Below, piece after piece: positions 1 to 11,000 of a DNA stretch of 42,895 nucleotides. Under the pieces are notes generated by a model, which searched no databases, had not been told where the DNA came from, and worked only from the letters and a program-made list of their open reading frames with translations. Both the position numbers and the translations under genes were made by a program. Source of the DNA: a virus (lineage: Duplodnaviria; Caudoviricetes); IMG/VR virus record IMGVR_UViG_3300042503_002275, positions 1 to 42,895 of that record, one strand, 5' to 3'. The stretch's first letter is position 1. The number at the start of each line of letters is the position of its first letter.

Positions 1-1983
1 TGGCCACCGTCAACTGCCAACGGACTTACTCAGGCCCAGGTCGATATCCTTGTTGCAGGGGCCGCTACATACGACGTCCCGACCGGCGGGCCAATTACAG
101 CAGAATACATTGACGGTATTGACGCAGAAATTATTACTGCCATGGATACCGCAATCAATGGCGCACCTGCTGGGTCAAAGGCGCAGTTCAACGCACTAAA
201 AACAAAGTACCTTGCCGACCACGTCTCTCTCCACAACGATTTCCAGCAGCAGCAAATTCTTACCGACCCGGATGGCGGTATCCTTGCAACAGCCCTTGCT
301 GGGCTTGGCGACTCGGCCGTTAACATTACGGACCCTGCGGACCTTAGGCGAGAGATGCAGAAGGTTAGGGATGCTGTTTATACCCACTTTATTAAGGCTG
401 GGGAAACTGTTGCAACTGACGACAATAAGTCTGGCGGGGCAACAAGCAATGAGTATCAAATCCTTGGTACAAAAATGGTTGCCATTATGGATGACATTAT
501 TAATGGCAAGACAACTGCCGCCCAAGGTGCTGCCCTGCTCTCGTCTACCATCGCAGGGTTCCCAGATTCTAAGGACAACTGGGTTGGCCTAGCGTTTACA
601 AACGATATTGTAAAGAGCCTATTCAGCCGGGCCGGAGACCAAGATCCGCTCACCCTCTTTGAGAAGATGCAGTTCTATGGTCAGGGCTACGCAGGAATGA
701 AGACCAAGCCACCTACGACCTCGTTTGCTTACGATTACAAAGATGGCGCTGGGTTCGTCCCTGTTCGAGAAGTAACCACCATGGTCGACGGAAAGCCGGT
801 AAAGAAGTACGAGCCCGTGCTCCCGGTACCGCAGCCAAAAGAGGATGGCACCACCGATGCCTGGACGATGGTTGCAATGGATGTGGATGGGGTGCCAACA
901 CTTGTTCCTGCTCTTGCATCGCTGCAAACGACTGGGGTTCCTATGGGCCTATTCGACCCTAAAACTGGTCAGCAGCTTACCACTGGTGACGCAATTAAAA
1001 ACTTCTATAAGTCTCTACCGGCAGGTGCTGACATTACTAAGTACCTCAAGCCAGCAGTCACCGTGTACAGCGTAAAGATCGGCGAGACATCGTACTCCTA
1101 TGTTGGTGGCGGAGTATCCGCAAACGGAACACTTGCTGGCGGTACGTGGATCCCGACGACAGAGCTCGGAAAAGTATATAGGGGAACTGCCTTTAATTCG
1201 AGCGACACCAAGCTCAATGATCTTCTAAAAAACACCGGGTTGCTTATCCTTGATAACAATGCCCCCTACAATAGCGGCGCACTCGCAGGAGAGCCGGTTG
1301 TATATCTTGGCGATAACCAGGTAACCTTTAGGCTCATTCTTGAGGGTAAGATGCCAGACCCTAGCGGTATTCTAACCGAGGCTAACCGTCACGGTATCGG
1401 GTTTGTCAATGGCGATATCGACGAATTTGACATTGATCAGGCGCCCCAGTGGTGGCAAGGGTACGATGGAATTAGTTTCGGGGGACCAAGAGGATTTAGC
1501 GGTGGTGGTGGCCGACGATCTAGCGCACCAGGGGCCCCGGTGGGGGATAAGCCCAAGGGTGGCTTGAGCACGACAGAAAAATGGAATGCTGCCAGCGAAG
1601 GCAAAGCCTTGTTCCACTATGACAAGGACTATATCGCCTATACCAACCTTCCTCCAAAGCCAGATGCAAACGACCCTATTGCTAATATCCTGGGCGGGGC
1701 TGAAGAGGAAGAGCCGTTCCGTTACGCTCCACGCGTCCCTGGTAACGCGTTTAGCCCAGCAGCCGTTTCCGAATACGCAGCAACAGCGCAGGAGCGAGAT
1801 CGAAACGTTTTGCCAAAGATTAGCATTGCTGATTCGTGGGATCGTGGCATTAAGACACTTCCTACCGCGCCCACACCTCCTGGACCTACCCCGACTCCGC
1901 CGTCGACTACGCCAACTCCGACGGGTCCAAAGCCTCCTACGCCGCCTAGGGGACCATCGGCTGCTGGCCCAATCAAACTCTGA
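1..1983 (+). CDS. C-terminal part of putative internal virion (ejection) protein, 5'-truncated
   Basis: Frame is open from base 1 (WPPSTANGLTQ...) through the 142..1983 ORF; Pro/Thr-rich C-terminus; lies directly upstream of the giant gene. Probably continues the ORF that starts at 42348. Confidence 0.6.
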   Translation, partial: WPPSTANGLTQAQVDILVAGAATYDVPTGGPITAEYIDGIDAEIITAMDTAINGAPAGSKAQFNALKTKYLADHVSLHNDFQQQQILTDPDGGILATALAGLGDSAVNITDPADLRREMQKVRDAVYTHFIKAGETVATDDNKSGGATSNEYQILGTKMVAIMDDIINGKTTAAQGAALLSSTIAGFPDSKDNWVGLAFTNDIVKSLFSRAGDQDPLTLFEKMQFYGQGYAGMKTKPPTTSFAYDYKDGAGFVPVREVTTMVDGKPVKKYEPVLPVPQPKEDGTTDAWTMVAMDVDGVPTLVPALASLQTTGVPMGLFDPKTGQQLTTGDAIKNFYKSLPAGADITKYLKPAVTVYSVKIGETSYSYVGGGVSANGTLAGGTWIPTTELGKVYRGTAFNSSDTKLNDLLKNTGLLILDNNAPYNSGALAGEPVVYLGDNQVTFRLILEGKMPDPSGILTEANRHGIGFVNGDIDEFDIDQAPQWWQGYDGISFGGPRGFSGGGGRRSSAPGAPVGDKPKGGLSTTEKWNAASEGKALFHYDKDYIAYTNLPPKPDANDPIANILGGAEEEEPFRYAPRVPGNAFSPAAVSEYAATAQERDRNVLPKISIADSWDRGIKTLPTAPTPPGPTPTPPSTTPTPTGPKPPTPPRGPSAAGPIKL

Positions 1984-1989
1984 TATACT
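1977..1989 (+). promoter_or_regulatory. Possible extended -10 promoter (ACTCTGaTATACT) for the giant gene
   Basis: TGn-TATACT overlapping the upstream stop; resembles the ACCCTGnTAnnnT motif at 24.2-24.7 kb; GAGGTGG RBS follows. Confidence 0.35.
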
Positions 1990-2012
1990 CTGCCTCACAG
2001 CTATGAGGTGGT

Positions 2013-5000
2013 ATGCCATTTGATTTTGATCCCGACGGCAGTAGCTCCGGGTCTGGCTCGGGGAGTCCAAAGCCGGAGGTCTACCCTGTAACGCCTGTTG
2101 TTCCTATTTACAACAACCAGGGCGGAAGCAACTCTAGCAATAATACTCAGACATCCCGGGAGCGCGGCTTCCCTGAGCGAGTAAATCTACAGCCGCTCGG
2201 CCCAGCCCCAAGTATCGATAAAGCTGGCGTTCTAACAAACCTAGGTAATTTTGATCCAAGCCGCGACATCGTTAGCTCGCTCTATACTGGGGCCGGGGAC
2301 GTACTGGGAAAGCCGCTCGCTATTGCAGCCACAGCCTTAGGGAAGCAAGATGCTCTAGATAGCGCCATTAAGACAATTGACAGCATCCCTGGCGCAGGAA
2401 TTATTACTGGATCATATGCCAGGGCGCTAGGAAACGAGCCTCTTGTTACTGCCTGGAAAAAGTATGGGCGGATGCAGGGCAACGCCCTTATCGATGCCGC
2501 TGATAACCCAACTCTTGGTTACAACCTTAATGACATGGGTACAGATATCGGCCGGCTCACCACCTTCGTTATGCTTGGTGCTCTTGCCGGTGGACCACTT
2601 GGTGCGGCTATCGGCGGTGGTATTGCCCTCGCAATCTCGGCTATCGGCCTTGCGGCACAGGGTCTTGCTTCCCTCAACCCATTTGATAACGAGCAGTCTT
2701 ACCTAGATGATCTTGAGGCAAAGCAGAACCTTTATAACGTTGGCGTCACACTTAACGAGTCTGGTGTCCTAGGGCAGATTGCCAAGGTTGGCGCCGGCAT
2801 GATCGGTGCTGATTTTAACAAGCCAATCCGAACCGTCGATGACCTTCGAGAACAGCTCATGCTTAACGGTTTTACCGAGGAAGACCTTCAGTTTATTCTT
2901 GATAGACCAGACCAAGTAGGGGTTATTAACCTCGACCCGCGCACCCTCCTCAGTCTTGATACCGAACGCCGAGAGTTTGGTCAAGGAAAGTATGGTGGCG
3001 GTTCGGCCATGATGGCGGGCATGGGTGGACTTGTCAACCTCGTTGGCTCTGGATCAGGTGCAGCCTTTAAGGCCGTTACGACTGGGACAAAGCTCTCGAC
3101 CAAGGGCGGACTTGCTATGCCCCTGGTTAATAAGCTTATTAAGACAGAGCAGCGCATCGTTGGCGCTACGGCTGCGGCTGAACTTCGAGCTGCCGGACTT
3201 ATCCCCGAAGGAACAGTCAACGTTGCGGAATCCATTGCTGCCATTGAGCGCGGTGCTATTGCCGAGCTAACGGTCCAGGGCGCTGCTGGGTGGATGGCAT
3301 CCAAGTCATCTGGCATGGCACGTGGTGTCCGTATCTATGCCCGTACTGCGGTTGGATCATATGTCGGTACCGGGCTTGCCTCACTTCTCCCGGGGGAGGA
3401 GGAGGGCGGGTTTATCCCGAATGATATTGCCGGTTTTATTGATTCATCTTGGGCATACAATCCGCTCCGAAATAGCGAACTCATCTCTATTGGCGCAGCG
3501 CTGGATATCCCAACAGTTGCTCGCGGCTTTGACTGGTGGCGTAAGGTGCCAAGCCGCGGACTAAATGTATCCCTTGACGAATCCTTGATTGTCAAGATTG
3601 CCGACGATAACATTCCAGTAGACGAACTGAAGGGCATGTCGCGATCACAGAAGCGCGAGCGTGTCTATGCCTTGTTCGGGACAAAGGAAAACTACGACAA
3701 GTATATCAATATGCTCATGATCCAGGTTGCTGCTCGAGGCTCACAGAAGCATGGTCTCAATGGCCTAGTACTTCCATACCTTGATGGCATTAAGATTAAG
3801 GCTGGTTCATCGCTGTCGCTCCAGGCTGCCGCTCAGGAGATTGGCGAACTTGCATCAAAGCGAGCTGAGGTCCTTCGACGAGACGGTAAGATTACCGAGG
3901 CAATGCTCCTTGATATTGCTACCGACTGGAACAACAACGCTGGAGACTTTGCCATCATCTCAGGTGGCGTGGCTCGACCAGGACGACTTCAGGGCGTACA
4001 CCAGCAATGGATTAACTGGCAAGAGGCATACCGCCCACTAGTTGATCATGGCAATGCCGTCGGCACCGTTGTGCTCGGTGTTCGTCGTTCGGCAATTGTT
4101 AAGGAGAATCTTGCTGCCATTGAGGCGGTTATTGATCTATCTAACTACGAAAAGCTTAGCGATGCCGGCAAGCGAACTTTCATTGCCAACCTTGTCGTAA
4201 CCAAGATGCCACGGCTTATCGATACAAAGCTTGAGCTTATCGGCGAGGCAACGGCCAACTTCTTTATCCGTGCAATGATGAAGGGTAGCGATCTACCAAG
4301 CAAGGAGGAGTTGCTTGGGCGTATTCGCGCAATTAAGGCGAAGGCCCCGACATATGACGAACTCTTCGAGGGCGAGGCAATCCGCGAAGCTGCCGGAAAG
4401 AACAATGTCCCTGGTATCGAGGCAGTATCTGCTAAGACGACCAGCGCAGCAGAAGTCATCACTCCTGTTGACGACGTGCTCGAGCGCGTCGGAGTCTATG
4501 GACCAGCAACGACAGCGCGACTAGAAACGGTAGCCCCAGAGGTCAACGAGACCGTGGATGTGATGAGCCGTGCACTTGTTGCGACTGACCTAGCCCGTAC
4601 CGTTGCGAAGGTCGAGACTCGATTTGGTTCTACTAAGGGTGGCGCAGTCGCCCCACTAATTCGATTGACCTTGGAATCAGCCGAGAGAAAGACCGTTGCT
4701 GCTATTGCAACCATTGCCTTTGCTTCTAATCCTAAGGCCAAAGTTGCTATTGTCGCTACAACCGGCGAGAAGATGGCATCCATGGGCCTGGAGGCTAACG
4801 GCACCCGGGTTGCGTTTAGGACGGCAGAGAAGCTCAGCCCGCTAAAGAAGGCAACGCTTGATCGCATCGTAGAGCGCGCATCTGCTGCCGGGATCGATAT
4901 CGTTTCTGATACCCGTGGCGGCAATATCACTATTTACTTCGACTCTCTCCCGGAACAAGTCATTAAGGACAAGGTTTTCAAGAAGGTTATTAACGACCTC

Positions 5001-8000
5001 CGCAAGGCCTTTGACGAAATGACTCCAGAAGAGATTGTTGAGCCAGCAAACATTAAGCGATATACGTCAAGAAAGGAATTGCTAGATGAAGCCCAAGAAC
5101 TCGAAACAACCGGCAAAGTCGACCCCACCATCCCCAATGGACTCGGTTGGGTTGAACGCCTCCGCTCCGAAGGAACCCCGTATCCCGCAGCCACGGAAGG
5201 GGAAGTTGCTCGGCAAGCTCGAGGTAATCGTCCAGTAAGTGTTGCCGCTGCATTCTCCGACCTGAACAAGGCCCTGGATGATGTCACCGATACCACAAAG
5301 CTCGAGACCGCAATTGGTAACTGGCTAGACGTTGTCACCTCAGTGCCAGCCAGCCGCATCGGGCTAATCGCCGACGAGCTTGGCGACCTTGGTACTCGAC
5401 TGCGTGCCCTTGCGTACAAGAACTCTCCGCTCGTTGCAGAAATGGACGTAGTGGTTAACCAGATTGTCAACCTCCCAGAGATTGCTGGTGACATTGGTGT
5501 CGCTTCTGCCATCGCATCGCTTGACCTTGCCGCGCAGTTTGCTTCTACCGGCGAGCGCGCTGGCCTGGTAGCCAAGCGAAACTTCGTGTCGGTTGAGCAG
5601 ATTGAAGAGAGCATCACTATTGATCCAGCCTTCAACCAGGTCCGACAGAATGCGGACGAGGCAGAGGCGGTTGCAAGCCTTGACGAGGTTCTAACTGATC
5701 TTATCGCCGAGGGTGTTGCATCACCTGAGCAGGTAGCGACAAGCGAGCTCCTTAAGTCCAAGACCGGACAGCTACGCCAGGAGGGACAGTTTATTACCAC
5801 CAAGGGCGGTAAGCAGGTCCGCATTCCGCAGAAGGCCGCGCTCGACTACTTTATCCGATCCGGCATGCCAATCGGCGCACTCGAGGCAGCAAACGACACA
5901 ATCATTCCTGTGCCACCAGCGGTTGCCAAGGCAACGGTATCCCGACAGCAGATCGTCGTCGAGAGCAACAAGACGCTTGCCGGCAAGGGCTGGATGGTCG
6001 CAAAGGGCTTTGCCCCAAGCGGCATTAACCATGTCCCGGCAGAGACGGCAGCCTCGTTCCTTATCTCTAAGGGCATTAAGGGTATCCCAGAAGTTGTCAA
6101 CGATATCGGCCCGCGACCAAAGTCTGCTGGGGCCAAGGCTACGCGCAAGGTACAGCAACAGGTCAAGGCAGCCCAGGTTGCTTGGGACAAGGCCAACATG
6201 GCCAACATTACCAAGAAGGCTAAAGTCTACGAGAAGCTCTTCGAGTATGTCTACGGATTCAAGCGTTCCGCTGCTATGGAGCAGGGCAAGTTCGATCCGC
6301 AAAACATTAAGATTAAAGTGCGGGAGATCTCAGACGAGGATCTCTCACAGCTTGGACTACGCCGAGAGGGTAACGAGATCTACCGTGTCCTTTCGGTGGA
6401 TGCCCCTGGCGGAACCAAGCTTGAGCTTGCTGTCGGTGACGTATCTACCGAAGCCTTTATGCGACAGATTGAGCAGGCCTTCAATGTCAAGGCCGGACAG
6501 CCAGAGACTTACCTAGAGGCCTTCCGCCATGCCAACTGGTACCAGGATTTCCGCAAGGCTATTGAGCTATTCTACGGCAAGGACCGACTCGGCAAGGCTG
6601 TGCTGTACGCGTTCATCCACTCGCAACAGGCAGAGGGCGTTGTCAATGGGTTCGCGGCAGTTGCCTCTATCTATCGTACCATGCTCGTCGGCCTGACTGA
6701 CCTAGAGAACGCATCGAAGTACCTACGCACATCCCGCTCGTTCAAGGCCAAGCAGCAGTACGCCCTCATGATCGGAAAGAAGAAAGTCTCTGAGGCTATC
6801 TTCACTGCGCTCAACGGCCAGCCGGTTGCCTACGGGCCAGGGGCCAAGAAGATCACTGACTTTGCTGACTCATTCCTGGGCAAGAAGGCTCGCACCGTCC
6901 TTGGCAACAGCGCTGTGGATTCCATGCCAGTAGCGGTTGACCGCCACACGATCTCCAATACCGGATTCGTTGACATGCGCGTTGCGAAGAGCGCGGCATA
7001 CGGCGGTGGTGTCAACCCAGAGCTGACAAAGCCGGGAATCATTGCCAATGAGTTCCAGTACGAGTGGTCGGTGGAGAAGGTGAACCAGTGGACCCGAGAC
7101 CTCAACGCTCAGGGCTGGCTTGGCCGTACCGACTGGACCGCAGCAGAAATTCAGGCGCTTGGTTGGTACCACTTCAAGAAGGTCATTGGTGACTTTAGCG
7201 GGACCGTTGCCGACGCTATCGAGGGGAGCAGCGCAAGCCTACTGATTGACCTTGTCCCAAGCAAGAACTCGCCAACGCTACAGAAGCTTATGCCGGATCT
7301 TAGCGGGCTCTCCGACGACCAGATCCGAGTAGGAGCAATTTCTTGGGTTAACTCTGATGCGGTCACACGACTTGCTCAAGAGAATGGCGTTGCCATCGCA
7401 GCACGTACCGTTGCCGGCGAAGAGTTTGCTCAGCGCCCAACGGTAATCGGTATCTCTAAGGCCGGATCTACCCCGACAATTACTGTTGACGTTGTTGGCG
7501 CCCCAGAGGCCATTACCTCCTTCATGCGAGACCTTGCAGTTGCCGCAGAGCAGGACTTCGCCATCGCCTGGGCATCCCTCCCACGGGGTGTCAGGAGCGT
7601 CGAGGACGCGACTAAAAAGGGCCTCTACAATGTTCGCCCTACCGTGGATATTCCGCTGCCCCCTGGTGTCTCTGTGGACTCTGCCATTGAGTCCATCCGC
7701 AAGGTCCTTTCCTCGGACGAAGAGATCCGGGAGATTTATGCAGCCAAGGGTATGGACCGATTCCAGATCGATGATCTGCTCTCGGGGAATAACCGGCGCA
7801 TGGCCTTTGCTGTCGTACCGGATACGATCAACGGCGAGGGGCACGTCCGCATCATTGATACAAACTTCAACCTCCAGGCAAAGACCAACTACGATATTGC
7901 CTATGAGAACTACAGCGTCCACGATCACCTTCAGCCGATTGCCTCTATCTCTAATAAGATTGCCGACAAGCTAGGGCTTCCACGACCGGTACATCGTAGC

Positions 8001-11000
8001 TACCAGACTCCTGACTACCCATTCCACCGACGCCTTGCTGAGCGATACTACGAAGCCCCAGAGACCAAGAACTACGAGACTGGCCGAGTTATTGAGGGGA
8101 ACCTCGGTCCTGCTACAGATTACAACTGGACCGTACGAACAGATACCAACCTTGAGCCGGAGTTTGCTGCTGCGGCACAGGAGTTCTTGAACGAGCTCCG
8201 CGAGCAGTACGACGCGCTATACCGAGCCGGCTACCGATTTGAGGCACATGCAGTTGATCCGTACAATGTCGGGTCAGACTTTGTTGGAAGCCCTGGCGTA
8301 CCTGTACAGCTCATGGGCAGTGGTGACATCCAGGCTGGCAATAAGGGCGTCCTCGCCCAAACTGACCTACGAGACAACAAGCACCTGTTTGTCTTCGGCT
8401 CCTACCCAAGCAACCCGGCGTTCTCAGATGAGATCAATGTCCTGTTCCGGGCCGTCCACGATACCTTTGGTCACCTGACAGACGGCTACTCGTTCGGCCC
8501 ACAGGGTGAGCTCAACGCCCTCATTAAGCACATGCAGATGTTCAAGAGCAAGGGTGCCCGAAAGGTTGCCCTCGTGGAGCTTGGCGGCCAGAATGCCATG
8601 ACCAACTTCGGGTACGCTGAGCGCCTTGCGGACGGATCATACGTAACGGTCAAGAATGCAGACGACTTTAACCGCGCTAAGGCTGCCGGCACCCTAGTCC
8701 GTGGCGAAGAGATCCCTTCCATCCCTGCCCGCCCGTTCGCCACCCAGAAGTCCTTCCTCATCGAGGATGAGTTCCTCAGTGACTTTGAGCGCCTCTACCT
8801 CCCAACTGAGGCTGCCCTGACGGTAGACGAGCTGGAACTCATTGCCATGAAGTCTCGAGATGCGCTGTCAAATCTTACCGATGGTGCTATGATTAGGCCA
8901 CACAGCACGAGCCTTGTGGCAACGACTGGTGTATCGAATGACTGGGCCAAGTTCCCAGATGCAAGGGAGTACAAGCGTGCAGATGTCTTCGCAGAATCCG
9001 GTGTCCGACGACTCGTTGCCTCAAGCGGAAAAGAGTCCGCAGCCGAGTTCGCCCCAAGAATCTCAGCCGTCCAAGACGAGTTCTTTGCCGCCCGAAAAGC
9101 GGAGACGGAATCCAGGTACGCAGCTGGAATGGAAGGTCCAGTTGGGGAAGCGCGCCGGGCGCTAGTCGCGGCCTTTACTGAGGCTGCCCCAGAGGAGACC
9201 GCAATCCACCGAGCCGCAGCTGACGAGGCTGAGGGCTTTGCCTCCTTCTCGCAGACCCGCGATATCCAACGCACAGAGACTCGCCGCGCCCAGGCTAAGG
9301 CTGCTGTTCAGCAAGAGACTGAGTACGGCCGCCCATCGTTTGATGACTATCTTCGTAACAGCGATGAAACAGGCGGCATGCCGGTCTACTCAGACGTCCT
9401 GTTTACTCGCCCTGATACTGTTGAAGATTTGCTTGGCTACATGGACTCTGCGTTCCCCAATAGCACAGGAAACCCAATTACTGAAGCAGAATTTTCTGCT
9501 CGCGTAGCCGATGGCGAACTTGTACTCTATCGTGGCGTTACGCGCAAGGGCGGGTACGAACTAGAGGGCGGCATCAAGGGGGCATCCCGACGCATCGCGG
9601 AGAGCCTTATCGACCAGCCAAACACTGACGCTGGAATGGGTAGGAGCGGTCTGTACGGCGCAGCTCCACGCGGGTACTGGGCAACTGATTACTTCACGAC
9701 ACCAATCCGTGGAACTGCCGAAGAGGTAGCTACCCGGTATGCCCAGACTGAGGGCGACCTAAAGATTAAACCAGCCGATGTCCGCGAGGGCGTCATGATC
9801 AAAGCCACCCTCTCGAAGGACGCGAACGTCGCGATCCTTGACGTATCTGATAGCCTAGGAAGTGCACGAACGGAGATTGGTCAGATTACCATTAACGGCG
9901 TAGTGGTCAATTCCGGTGCTCCAAGGATTGCACGCACTGGAGAGATCCCGACTCCGGAACAGCTTGCAACTCTTCCCCCAACTGAGATTGCTCGAAAGCC
10001 GATCCTTCTCGGTGACGTGATGCCTGACGTATTCCCTGCTGTAGGAAAGCGGACCATTGATATCGTGACTGGAGAGGAAGTTGACTCTCGAGGTATTGGG
10101 TACCGACCATTTAACTACGACATGATTACGGCTTTTGCCATCCGCGAAGGGCTTGACGCCGTCATCATTCGAGGTGGCGAGCGCGCGGCAGACGCTGCCG
10201 GTGACCCACGCATGGGCGATCAGCTCCTCCTGTTCAATGCCGATGTTGTCAATGTCGTTGACCCACGCCTTGAGGGCAAGCAGTTTAACAAGATCCGACC
10301 TGGCGCAGAAGATCTTCCGGCTGTTGCCAGGCCATCGACCGGTCCGAAGTTTGTCATGGGTGACGATATTGAGGTGCGCGCACCTATGAAGGACGTTGAA
10401 GATACATGGCCGATTCTTGACAAGATTCTTGATGACCTTACAAAAGATATGGACATTGCCGAGCCTATTGCTTTGGCAAACATTATCGATGAAGTTTATT
10501 ACCTGCATAAGGGTAAGTTGCCACGTCGCGTAGCTCCGGAAGATTTTAATCCTGACCGTTACGGGTCGGTGGTCTTCCGTGGTTTGGGCAGCGGTGGTGT
10601 ATCGACGACATATACCAGCAAAGAGATGGCCCGCTTTGCCGGACTTGACGCCATCAATGGAAAGCCGAAGATGTTCTTCGGAAATGTTGGATACGGAAAT
10701 TACTGGGCTCTCTCTGATCCGCAGGCGGACCAGGCACTTGGGCCGCTCCTTCGCAAGGAACAGGTACCGCCGGTAAAGACTGCTGAAACGTACGCTGGAA
10801 GATTCCCTGAGCAGGCTGGCCAAATTACTGAAGAGCAGGCAAAACTTTACGACCTGTACAAGTCGGGCAAGATGAACATCGATACGTTTAATGAGCAGTC
10901 AGAAGTCCTAGCGCGAAGCACCGGTGAGCTTGGGACTGTAACGCCATTTAAGCCATCTGGTGTTATTGACTATGCTAGCCCAGTAACCGAAGAGGCTAAG

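Noticed and set aside
1-60. Exact circular closure or terminal repeat with the right end
   Set aside because: No sequence overlap, and the joined reading frame shifts and terminates.
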